Of a DNA stretch of 64,000 nucleotides, positions 11,722-21,054 are shown one piece after another. The notes beneath the pieces were generated by a model. The model saw only the letters and a list, made by a program, of their open reading frames with translations, was not told the origin of the DNA and made no database searches. The DNA lies in assembly GCA_965263035.1 (NCBI GenBank), contig OZ253580.1, positions 5,216,001-5,280,000 on the forward strand, in the 5' to 3' direction. Source of the stretch: Acidobacteriota bacterium. Lineage in GTDB: Bacteria > Acidobacteriota > UBA6911 > RPQK01 > JAJDTT01. The stretch's first letter is position 1. Each line of letters begins with the position of its first letter. A program made the position numbers and the translations under genes.

Positions 11722-12360
11722 TTAGAAAGGGATGTCATCGTCTGTGATGGTTACCTCATCCGCAGGAGGATTGTTGCCAGTCAATTCCGGGATTCGAGCG
11801 AGTGCGGAGTACAGTTCCTTAGAATCACTCTTTGTAAGGGAAAACTGGTTAAACCACACAGGCGAAACTGAGTTTGCATACTCGCTGTGGCCCAGCGAAA
11901 GTATGGTCCAGAATTTGGATTGTTGATCGTCGTCGTATCGACAATGCACCATATCAACATACGCCATGCGTGAGCCCTCCGAATCGGTTGGAGGGACCAA
12001 CTTTGATTGGCACTCATTCAGTTTTTCCTGGAGGGTGTTGTTACGGGCATTAAGTGATTCAACCTCCCCTGCTATGCTAACCGCGTCCTCTTTTGTCTTT
12101 TGCATTTCGTCTGTCCTTAACTCGAACAGGTACTTTTCCGCGTCCGTATGCCGCTTCATAGCGGTAACCCATTGATACAAGGTTGCGTTTAGCAATAGGG
12201 ACACCACCAACGCCACGGCCCACCACTTGTTTTCCCAATCAGCCCACCAACCCGTAGCCGCTACAGCGACGACAAACAAGGTATTCCCAATCACCCCACC
12301 GGCTACCGACAGAAAAAACGTCTTGAATCTTCTTTGTGCTGCCATAACATCTCTCATCAA
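11722..12360 (-). CDS. Hypothetical membrane protein (2 TM plus coiled coil) ending in an SSB-like tail, ITDDDIPF
   Basis: Two hydrophobic segments, a heptad region and an acidic C-terminus. Confidence 0.65.
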   Translation of the reverse strand: MMRDVMAAQRRFKTFFLSVAGGVIGNTLFVVAVAATGWWADWENKWWAVALVVSLLLNATLYQWVTAMKRHTDAEKYLFELRTDEMQKTKEDAVSIAGEVESLNARNNTLQEKLNECQSKLVPPTDSEGSRMAYVDMVHCRYDDDQQSKFWTILSLGHSEYANSVSPVWFNQFSLTKSDSKELYSALARIPELTGNNPPADEVTITDDDIPF

Positions 12361-12572
12361 TAATCGGTCGATTCAAACCGGCGCGGGCAACGCACGCACC
12401 GCCAGTATGATAGCCCCTCATTTTAAGCTGTACCTGTGACACAAGAGGCCGAGGACTTTCGAGGAGAACGCACACCTCGACGTACATGGAGTTGGGGGTT
12501 TAGAAAATTGGTGGGCTGTCGGGGCTCTAAGTAGACGATGGCCTACAAATCTAGTTTTCGCTCAAAGAACCC

Positions 12573-12795
12573 TTATAGGCTGGCTGCCTCTTCCACTGCT
12601 ATACCGCCTCTGACGAGAGACTGAAACGCTCTGGCCCTGCCCGTGAGGTCACCCGCCATCAGTTCGGAGAATACGGGCTCACCTCCAGTTCTAGCTTCGC
12701 CCGAAGCTCTGTCTGGATCGTCCTTGCAAGCGGTTGAACGCTCAGGTGTAGAAACTGCCGGAACGCCTGCCGCCGGGCCGTCCCGTCTGACCGGC
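12573..12795 (-). pseudogene. Phage portal-like protein C-terminal remnant (frameshifted)
   Basis: DGTARRQAFRQFLHLSVQPLARTIQTELRAKLE / FSELMAGDLTGRARAFQSLVRGGIAVEEAASL resembles the C-terminal helices of HK97-type portals (recognised from memory). Confidence 0.55.
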
Positions 12796-13092
12796 CTTCT
12801 CTCTGTGGGGAAGAGTAGGTCATCCTACCGCGCAATGAATGCCCTGGACAGATCACGCGACAATGTAACTCTGGGCGCTTGAGGCCTGTCTCTGGAGGGC
12901 CAGTCAGCTATTATTCAGGGTTCTCCCTAGTCGAGCCCACCGAGTGCTGGAACACCCGGCAGACTCTATGCTAACTCGTCCTGCGTCAGAGGAAGAGCTA
13001 GGCTAATCCGTATTCTAACTGAATCTCTCCGATGCCTGAATCTGGCGCAGGGCGCTCTCCCGGAGGGCCTGCCATGTCTGCTGCGCCCAAAG

Positions 13093-13267
13093 ATGAAACC
13101 AAGCGATTTGGCCATCATTGGAATCATTCTGGGTGTACTAATCCTTGTGATTCCGCTAGTTGTCCTGATCGATTCGGAACTGAGGGCAGCTTTCATGCAG
13201 ATTCAGATGGACCAGCATGAAGACGAGATCGAAACGGGGAGTTCGCGGGAATCCCAGAACGCCTTAG
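13093..13267 (+). pseudogene. Small N-terminal TM protein interrupted by IS1380
   Basis: MKPSDLAIIGIILGVLILVIPLVVL... runs into the IS at TTAG; the same frame continues open after 15036. Confidence 0.4.
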
Positions 13268-15032
13268 CCTGCATTTCTCATCAGTAGAACAATAAACGGA
13301 AGTTGAACCGTCGTCTGGGTGATTCTTTATCCATACGAGTTCAAGAGGCAGTTTTCGTGCTCGAACGTGCCGACCAACGGCCAGATGCAGCGCTTCTCCA
13401 GAGCCTTTTGACGCCCATCCTGCGCTTCTGAGCGACGACTCTCGACCCGGTGCCCACTCCGGGGCGCAGTCCATCCTGGGGACTCCCAAGTCGCCATCGT
13501 CCAAAGAGTTCTTTCCATCCGTTGCTAACAGCGAAGCGGGAGGGCTTGCACTTGCGTCAGAGCCGTCCTCAACAGCGCCGCATACGGATAGCTCTCGGAA
13601 AAGGACAACCAGACCTTGCGGCTGGTGATCCGGACCTGTGCCCCGATCTTCAGCAATCTCACCCGCAGGGTCCAGCTCTGCGCCCGCGCCAGCTTCGTCC
13701 CCGCCAGCCCCACCCGTCGCAACGTCTCCATCATCACGTAGGCGAATGCCGAGAAATACAACCGCAGTTGATTCCCCGCCAGCTTCCGGGTCGACGTGCG
13801 GTCCGCAAACAGACCCATCTGCTGTTCCTTTATCCGATTCTCCATGTCTCCCCGCGCGCAGTAGACCTCCTCGTACAATCTTCGCCCATCGCATTCCTGG
13901 ACCGGGACCGAAGTCACGATGAATCGCGGGTTCTTTCCCCGGGGCAGGTGCTCCACCTTCGCCACCACCCGGCGCTCGCACGACCAACTCTTGTGCGTCT
14001 GATAGCGCAGTTCCTGGAACTGCCTCACGGCCTTCCCGATCGCCCGCTGCAACTGCCGGACGGTCTCCATCCGGGTCGCGATCCTCCGCTTCAGCCGATC
14101 GTTCTGCGCCAACCCCAGGACGTAATCGATCCCTTCCTTCTCGCACCAGACCATCAACTCGTCGTTGGAGAAGGCACTGTCCCCTCGAACCGTGATCCGC
14201 ACCTGGGGCCACGCTTCACGCAGCCGCCTCACGATTGGTTCCAACTCCGCCACCACCCCGTGGGCCGCGCCTCGATCCGCCGTGCGCAGCCGCGCACGCA
14301 ACAGGTGTTCCCCACAGAAGACGTACAGCGGCAGGTAGCAGTAGCGTTTGTAATAGCCGTGGAAGAACCGTCCCTCCTGCTTCCCATGCAGCGGATCGTC
14401 CGTGGCGTCTACATCCAGGATCACCTCCTCCGGGGGCTCCGGATGCGCTTCCACAAACACCTCCAGCAGCAGCTCGTCCATCCCCGCCGGGTCGGCCACG
14501 ATCTTCTTGTACGCGCCCTCCGGTCCCTCCAACGGAGTCCGCTCCAGTCGGTTCAGGGTGCTCTTGCCTGCCAGCGGCTTGCCTCGATCCGACTCCACGC
14601 GCCGGAACTCCCCCGTCAGATCATCTCGATCACACAACAGCGCCAAGAGCCGGTCCCGGCACAACTCGTCGTGGTCGTTGAGGTCCTCGTAGCCCAGGCA
14701 CAGCCCCAGCACCCGCTGTTTGATCAACGCCTCCACCGGGTGTTCGACTCGATCCGAGTCTCGATAGTCGGTGAAGCATTCGCTCAGACGACCCAGAATC
14801 CGGGTCCGCTGCTCCACTTCGCGCAGGAGCACGCCACCGGCGTCGGAGGTGATCTCGCCGCCGTCGAACCGGCCCACGACATCCCGTCCGTCCAGGCCCT
14901 GAAATCTGAGCTTTATTCTGGTACACTCTGCGGTCATAAGGTCGCGTCCCTTCTGCTTTGTAAGTTATTGATTACACAACACTTATAGCAGAAAACGCGG
15001 CCTTTATCAATCTTTCTGATGAGATATCCGGG
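13268..15032 (-). mobile_element. IS1380-family element with 4-bp TSD TTAG
   Basis: IRs cctgcatttctcatcag / ctgatgagatatccggg. TTAG lies at 13264-13267 and 15033-15036. Confidence 0.9.
13525..14937 (-). CDS. IS1380-family transposase, apparently intact
   Basis: FDGGEITSDAG, GYEDLND, LDVDATDD..HG.QE, RGDS.F, Y..RG.MENRIKE motifs. Confidence 0.93.
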   Translation of the reverse strand: MTAECTRIKLRFQGLDGRDVVGRFDGGEITSDAGGVLLREVEQRTRILGRLSECFTDYRDSDRVEHPVEALIKQRVLGLCLGYEDLNDHDELCRDRLLALLCDRDDLTGEFRRVESDRGKPLAGKSTLNRLERTPLEGPEGAYKKIVADPAGMDELLLEVFVEAHPEPPEEVILDVDATDDPLHGKQEGRFFHGYYKRYCYLPLYVFCGEHLLRARLRTADRGAAHGVVAELEPIVRRLREAWPQVRITVRGDSAFSNDELMVWCEKEGIDYVLGLAQNDRLKRRIATRMETVRQLQRAIGKAVRQFQELRYQTHKSWSCERRVVAKVEHLPRGKNPRFIVTSVPVQECDGRRLYEEVYCARGDMENRIKEQQMGLFADRTSTRKLAGNQLRLYFSAFAYVMMETLRRVGLAGTKLARAQSWTLRVRLLKIGAQVRITSRKVWLSFSESYPYAALLRTALTQVQALPLRC

Positions 15033-15344
15033 TTAGGTCTTCGCCAGAATCCGTTTCCGGAATCCAGCCACTCCGTATCCGACCCATCTATTGTCCAGGA
15101 CAGCAACAAAGCGCGCGACGACAATGGGACCATCGGCGTATGGTGGAAAGCCGCCGGTGGCCTTTCCGGAAAACTTCGGATCAAGAAGGAGGGAGCCAAG
15201 CTGACGGAGAATTGGACCTTCATGAACGGGCAAACCAGACTCGGAAACTGGTAGAGTCCAAGGAGGCTGGACTCAGGCGGTTCGACGTCCTCGCGCTCAG
15301 ATCATTGGAGAAACCACCGGACGTCCCGGGCGTAGGGCCGTCGG

Positions 15345-16148
15345 TCAAAAGGATGCGTTGTCATCGCCCGCCCGCATCTCCATCTCTGCGACGCCAGAGG
15401 TGCACACTTCACACTGGCATGTCCACGGGTCGTGAAAATATAGTGTCATGATGACTCGATCCCAAATAAGGAATGCCCAGTAGTTCAACGTACCCAAATC
15501 TGTCTCGAAAACGCGGAAGCGATAGTCAAATACACCACCATATCGTCCATGCGTCTCATCGTCAGCGAGGCTGCTTACGTACATAACATGCTCTGGCGGG
15601 CGCTGGTTTGGAGGGATAACCTCGCACCCTACGGCAATACCTACCGGGAGAATTGCGCAGTGGTGGTGAAAATACAGACCGCGGACAATTTTCCATGCTA
15701 CACGCGTTATTCGGTCACCATCTTGACGCTTCGCAACGACACCTGACGGGAGGTAAAGGCCACTAGGATGCGGTTCAAACTCACGGAGAATCTTCTCGGC
15801 TAGCAATAGTTTGTGCTCGTCTTCTCGAGCATCTGCCATAAACTTTTTGTAGGTGGAGTTTCCTGCCACGGAGCCACGAGCGAATGGCATCAATGTTGCT
15901 ATGAAATACTCCTCGTCTAGCGAGTAGGATTCGTTACACTGGCGGTGGACCCGAAATGTAATTAGCTGATTGAGATTATGCTGCTTCCGAATTTCAGGAG
16001 AGAATAATGCTCGTGGCGGGCAGTGATCCTTACTGGTCGGGCATGACAATTTCCGACCGCACAAGTAGCAGCGGGTGCGTGCCTTCGGAGACCTGCTGCC
16101 GGTTGCTGGATCAGAATGTTTCTTCGAAATCATCTCCCCCGGTTCCAA
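15345..16148 (-). CDS. HNH-like Zn-binding nuclease-domain protein
   Basis: CYLCG...KDHCPP...VHRQCN pattern. Likely start is ATG 16133. Confidence 0.6.
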   Translation of the reverse strand: MEPGEMISKKHSDPATGSRSPKARTRCYLCGRKLSCPTSKDHCPPRALFSPEIRKQHNLNQLITFRVHRQCNESYSLDEEYFIATLMPFARGSVAGNSTYKKFMADAREDEHKLLLAEKILREFEPHPSGLYLPSGVVAKRQDGDRITRVAWKIVRGLYFHHHCAILPVGIAVGCEVIPPNQRPPEHVMYVSSLADDETHGRYGGVFDYRFRVFETDLGTLNYWAFLIWDRVIMTLYFHDPWTCQCEVCTSGVAEMEMRAGDDNASF

Positions 16149-16879
16149 TTGCGTTTGCTATTTTCGGATTCTTGTAGACAGCGAACTGTGAATCAACCGA
16201 TGTGGCCGGCTCACGACAGGACGCGACGATCGACCATAAGGGATGAGCGTTCTTATCGGCACTTATTTCGGGAAATACTTGTGTCACGACTCTGGGACAG
16301 ATTGGGCGAATAGGGCATTCCTTGCCTCAATCTTCCGTTCTGTTTCCTGTTGTGCTTGATCCAGACCTGCCGGCACCACTCGTGGGACATTACCACCTAC
16401 TGCGCGATAGAGTGAGATCCTCGCCCATTGCGGTCCCAGTCCGGTTGGACCAGCTTGAGGACGTCTCCGAATCAACCGCTGGTGTTCCGGGGTCCGGCTC
16501 CGCGCGCCGCGAACTTTTTTGGGACGAGTGCCTTATCTCCGACCGCATCGGACTCGACCCGCCAGCCCGCTGCCTGAACGGCCCGGTCTTGCTCAACAAG
16601 TTCCTGGATTGGGTGATCCAGTGAGGAAGGAGCCGGACAGGGGTCCCCGATGGGCATTAGATTTCGAGCTTGGGCATTTCGATCCAAGAATGACGACCAG
16701 ATGTCAGCGAAACAAATTGACCGCCGAGTATCACGCCATAATCGTCGCCCTCCATGACGAGCTTTCGATGGTGGACCTTTGATTGCTGCCGCGTGGTCAC
16801 CGAGGAATTGCGAGACGTGTGGACCTCGACGAAACCACCCCGCTCAAAATGTCCCTGCAGATGTTGGTCTTCCGTTCTC

Positions 16880-17084
16880 ATTAACGAACCCTCCGCGCTA
16901 CGGGCGGCCACCTCCGCCCACTTCAACTCCTCCGCACGCGCTTCGGCGGCCTCCGCCCGCTCGATGGTCTGCTCGTACAGCCGCCGCCATCAGGCGTTTG
17001 ATCTTCATGTGCTTCATGATCCAGCCGCGATCCCTCAGCGCCGCGTGCATGCGGCGCCAGCCATAGGCGGAGGGATCGCTTCGA
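16880..17084 (-). pseudogene. Fused transposase scraps: IS3-type OrfB HTH fragment plus a possible IS66-type coiled-coil fragment
   Basis: YGWRRMHAALRDRGWIMKHMKIKRLM in one frame; LYEQTIERAEAAEARAEELKWAEVAARS in another. Confidence 0.5.
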
Positions 17085-18713
17085 TTACTTATTAGGCGCT
17101 GGCAATGGGGATAGTCCAAGTTCCTTCAGAAACGCGTTGTGCTTCGCCGTTGCCTCCTGAATCTGTTTCTCGATCTCGACCAACTCCTTGTGCGTGGCCG
17201 ACAGATCTATCGCGACCTCCGGCTTGGCCGTGCTGACATAGCGCGAGATGTTCAGGTTGCAGTCATTGGCCTCAATCTCGTCCATCTCCACACGTCTGGC
17301 GTACCGCTCGATGCGCTCCGGACGCTGCCGGTAGGTGTCGATGATCTTCTCGATATGCTCGTCGGACAGGTAGTTCTGCCGCTTTCCCTTCTCGAAATGC
17401 TCGGACGCGTTGATGAACAGCACATCATCGGGCTTCTTGCACTTTTTCAGGACGAGGATGCAGACCGGGATGCCGGTCGAGTAGAACAGATTCGCCGGAA
17501 GGCCGATAACGGTGTCGATGTGCCCGTCGTCAAGGAGCTTGCGGCGAATCTTTGCCTCCGCGCCACCGCGGAACAGCACGCCGTGCGGCACGATGATCGC
17601 CATCACACCGTCATCCTTGAGGTAGTGAAAACCGTGCAGCAGGAACGCGAAGTCCGCCGCCGACTTCGGGGCCAGCCCGTAGTTCTTGAAGCGCACGTCC
17701 TCGCCTAACGCCTCGTTCGGGTTCCAGCGGTAGCTGAACGGCGGGTTGGCAACCACGGCGTCGAAGTGGGGCTTCTTGGCCGGGTTCGTCTCGCGGAGCA
17801 TGTCCCAGTCGTTCGTCAGCGTGTCGCCGTGATAGATCTCGAACTCTGAGTCCTTCACCCCGTGCAGTAGCATGTTCATCCGCGCGAGGTTGTAGGTCGT
17901 GATGTTCTTCTCCTGCCCGTAGATCTTGCCGATGCCGTGCGACCCCATGCGCTTGCGGACATTGAGCAGCAGCGAGCCCGAGCCGCAGGCGAAGTCCATC
18001 ACGCTGGCGAGGTGCTTCCGCTTGCCGGTCTTCGGCTCCTGGCCGTCGAGCGCGACGATCGAGGAGAGGATGTCCGAGATCCGCTGCGGCGTGTAGAACT
18101 CACCGGCCTTCTTGCCCGAGCCAGCGGCGAACTGGCCGATCAGGTACTCATAGGCGTCGCCGAGGGCGTCGCTGTCCGTGGAGAACTCCGCGAGGCCCTC
18201 GGCTATCCTGGTGATGATCGTGCAGAGCTTCGTGTTCCGGTCCGAGTAGGTCTTGCCGAGTTTCTCCGAGCCGAGATTGATTTCCGAGAACAGACCCGCG
18301 AACGTGCTCTGGAATGACTTGTTCTCGATGTATTTGAAGCCTGCCTGGAGCGTGTTGAGCAGCTCGCCGTCTTGGGTGCGGGCCATGTGGGCGATGCTGG
18401 CCCAGAGGTGCTCGGGGTGAATGACATAGTGCGCCTTGAGACGCATCTGCTTCTCGAATACCGACACATCTTCGGGGTTCTGCTCGTACCAGACAAACAG
18501 GGAGGACCGCCCGCCGTTGGCGATGGCGTTCGGGTCGGGGTAGTCGCGCCCGAGTTCCTTCTTCGCGGCCCGCTCGTAGTTGTCTGAGAGGTAGCGGAGA
18601 AACAGGAACGCGAGCATGTAGTCGCGAAAATCGTCCGCGTTCATCGCCCCACGGAGATGGTCGGCGATGGACCATAGCGTCTTGCCAAGCTGTTTCTGGT
18701 TGTTTTCTGTCAC
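17085..18713 (-). CDS. hsdM: Type I R-M modification subunit
   Basis: LW.IAD.LRG, GEFYTP, DFACGSGSLL, NPPF, PHGVLFRG motifs. Confidence 0.96.
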   Translation of the reverse strand: MTENNQKQLGKTLWSIADHLRGAMNADDFRDYMLAFLFLRYLSDNYERAAKKELGRDYPDPNAIANGGRSSLFVWYEQNPEDVSVFEKQMRLKAHYVIHPEHLWASIAHMARTQDGELLNTLQAGFKYIENKSFQSTFAGLFSEINLGSEKLGKTYSDRNTKLCTIITRIAEGLAEFSTDSDALGDAYEYLIGQFAAGSGKKAGEFYTPQRISDILSSIVALDGQEPKTGKRKHLASVMDFACGSGSLLLNVRKRMGSHGIGKIYGQEKNITTYNLARMNMLLHGVKDSEFEIYHGDTLTNDWDMLRETNPAKKPHFDAVVANPPFSYRWNPNEALGEDVRFKNYGLAPKSAADFAFLLHGFHYLKDDGVMAIIVPHGVLFRGGAEAKIRRKLLDDGHIDTVIGLPANLFYSTGIPVCILVLKKCKKPDDVLFINASEHFEKGKRQNYLSDEHIEKIIDTYRQRPERIERYARRVEMDEIEANDCNLNISRYVSTAKPEVAIDLSATHKELVEIEKQIQEATAKHNAFLKELGLSPLPAPNK

Positions 18714-19795
18714 GGCCTAGACGCATGGATGACGAACGCGTAGTGCGCGTTCAGCCTGCCGTAAATCGTTTCAAACAGCGCCAAGCTGTCCGGTACGAGG
18801 AGATCGGATTCGTAGTAGTAGACATTCTTGTGAGCGAGGGTGTTCACGATTCGGGCGATCTCGTCCGCATCCTCGAAGCCGATCTGTTCGAGTGTATAGC
18901 TGATCCGACCGACACCGAGGAACGACGACACGTTCTCTAGCAGCTGACGAAGAAGCGCCAAGTGGTATGCACGGACATTGTTCTCTTGCCGAGCTTGCTT
19001 CAGCAACTGAAGGACTCGGAGGTGATAGAGGAACACGTCGCTCCCGGGGCGCTCCAGCGAGACTTCGCCGTGTTTACCGCTCAGGATCCTTGCCTTTGTC
19101 TTCTGCTTGTACTTGCTGCTCTTCTCGCCCTTCTTCAACCAATCGAACAGGATGGAGAATATCCCGATATGATGAGTGGCAATGATGATCTTCCGTTCGG
19201 TGAAGTGCTTCTTGATCAGTTCGTACAGCGTCGATGCGGTCACGAAGATATTGTGGTCGTCGAGGCTTGAGACCGGATCGTCGATGAATATATGGCGAGG
19301 CTGCCTTTCCGCCCAACCTTCCACTTCCATCATCGCCAGAAAGAAGCACCAGACAAAAACTCGCTCCTCGCCGCGGGAGATCTTTATCGCCGGAACATCG
19401 CCGGGCTGCGTATCGGCTGGGAAAAATGAAATCGACTTGATTCCCATCTCCGCATCTGGGTGCATGACGAAGCGGAAGTCGAAGCTTGCTCTGTACGGTT
19501 TCAGCTTCGCATGGATGTCGAGTTCGTTAAGGTCGGCGTGAAGCCTGCTGAGACTGCTCGGGAGGACGGTGAGTCGGATGTTGGCCTCACTGTTCTCGAT
19601 GTCATTGTTCCAGACGAAGAGATCCTCGCTGTATGCGTTGTAGTAGATGCCCGTGTGCGTTCCGTCGTCCTTTTTGGTCGCATTCTTGTACGCGACTGAT
19701 AGTTGCGTTTTCCCCACCGAGTTGAAAGCGTAAAGCAACTGAACGGCGGCAGCGTCGTCGCACAGTTCTGAAGCAATGTCTTCGATTGTTTTCAT
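18710..19795 (-). CDS. prrC: PrrC-type anticodon nuclease (ABC-ATPase plus HEPN)
   Basis: YAFNSVGKT Walker A, YYNAYSEDLFVW, KISRGEE signature, FIDDPVSSLD Walker B, THH, and RIVNTLAH at the C-terminus. Embedded in the hsd operon. Confidence 0.85.
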   Translation of the reverse strand: MKTIEDIASELCDDAAAVQLLYAFNSVGKTQLSVAYKNATKKDDGTHTGIYYNAYSEDLFVWNNDIENSEANIRLTVLPSSLSRLHADLNELDIHAKLKPYRASFDFRFVMHPDAEMGIKSISFFPADTQPGDVPAIKISRGEERVFVWCFFLAMMEVEGWAERQPRHIFIDDPVSSLDDHNIFVTASTLYELIKKHFTERKIIIATHHIGIFSILFDWLKKGEKSSKYKQKTKARILSGKHGEVSLERPGSDVFLYHLRVLQLLKQARQENNVRAYHLALLRQLLENVSSFLGVGRISYTLEQIGFEDADEIARIVNTLAHKNVYYYESDLLVPDSLALFETIYGRLNAHYAFVIHASRP

Positions 19796-21054
19796 TCCGT
19801 CTCCGGCTTGGGGAAGAGTTGCTGCAGCAGGCCCCGCTTGTGCTGTTTGAGGGTTTCGAGCTTCCGCGCCTGTGCACCGATCAAATCATCGAGCGCGGTG
19901 AGGCATTCGGCGATACGACGCTGTTCGGCACGCTCTTTCGGATAAGCAAACGGTAGAGCACGGACGAGTGCTTGGCTCAAGTTCTTTTGGCCACCGCTAT
20001 TGCTGTTCGCGCGTATCTCCTTGTACCGCCCGGAAAGATTAAGAAACACGAAGCGTGGGTCTACCTCATCGCTAGGCAATATGGCAGCACATGCTTGATT
20101 CGTGGCAGCCTCAACACCCAGCATTGCGACCTTGCCTCGCGTCTTCCCTTGGCCGTACAACGCCATCAGCACCGTTCGCTTAGGGAACACCTTCGCAGAC
20201 GAGTTGGACAGCCCTGCGCTGCTGATAGACTCCCTGGTCGACTCGATGACATTGAAATCAACGATCGATGTCGTCACCCACGGAACTTCACCACCCCAGT
20301 AATCAGGTCGGGCACGGTGGGGTGTGCCGCCCGTTGTCGTCTCAAACAACTTCCCAAGTGGCGCGACACGCCACTCCTGCGTGTCCTGAAACTCGGGGAA
20401 GCGGAGGCGGGGTTGAGTTTGGCCTGCTTGGGGGAAGATCTGCTGCATCAGCCCTTGTTTGCGCTGCCGTATGGCGTCGAGCTTTCGACCCTCCGCCGCG
20501 ATTAGGTCGTCCAGCGAGTCGAGGCAGTCGGCGACCTTCTGCTGCTCACGCGGTGAAGGCGTCGGGATCGGCATTTGCATCAGGTCGTTGTTTGTGATGG
20601 CCATGCGATCATGCCGAGCGCCGCTGTTGGACACGCGCCGTAGATACCCGTGCCAGCGGGACGACTTGAAGTAGTGAGCGAAGAAATCGTTGGCGTCGCT
20701 CCGGAAGCGAAACACCGTATATAGGGGGGACATGACGCCCGTTCCAATCTGGTTCTTGGAGATGGGCCCGACAGGCGCGGTGGAAGAGACGCGAGGGTTG
20801 TAGACGTAGTCGCCCGTTTCCACGATGAAATAGTTGACGGTATTCGTAGCGATGTCTCTGTCGAAGTACTCCCGCTGATCGACAACACCATGTTCTGCAG
20901 AATTGGTCAGGGCCCTCAGATCAGCACCGTGAGTGTTTCGCTGGGTGATCCGCTGGGCCAACTTCTTGAGGGGCGGGCACTCCCACGGTGGTTCATCAAC
21001 GAATTCGGCGAACCGCAGTTTCGGCACAAGGTGCCATGGCTTATCGGCTGTCAT
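19792..21054 (-). CDS. hsdS: Type I R-M specificity subunit with two TRDs
   Basis: Two P.LRF motifs and two EQ.++A.CL..LDDLI...K.GL+QQ+FP conserved helices. Confidence 0.95.
   Translation of the reverse strand: MTADKPWHLVPKLRFAEFVDEPPWECPPLKKLAQRITQRNTHGADLRALTNSAEHGVVDQREYFDRDIATNTVNYFIVETGDYVYNPRVSSTAPVGPISKNQIGTGVMSPLYTVFRFRSDANDFFAHYFKSSRWHGYLRRVSNSGARHDRMAITNNDLMQMPIPTPSPREQQKVADCLDSLDDLIAAEGRKLDAIRQRKQGLMQQIFPQAGQTQPRLRFPEFQDTQEWRVAPLGKLFETTTGGTPHRARPDYWGGEVPWVTTSIVDFNVIESTRESISSAGLSNSSAKVFPKRTVLMALYGQGKTRGKVAMLGVEAATNQACAAILPSDEVDPRFVFLNLSGRYKEIRANSNSGGQKNLSQALVRALPFAYPKERAEQRRIAECLTALDDLIGAQARKLETLKQHKRGLLQQLFPKPETE

Noticed and set aside
13450-14988. Long antisense ORFs (for example 13450-14988, 21753-22958, 47339-48856, 53794-55434)
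   Set aside because: They are shadows of well-supported genes on the opposite strand in GC-rich DNA and have no motifs.
16322-16870. Short ORFs between the HNH-like gene and the transposase scraps
   Set aside because: No assignable motifs; probably fragments.
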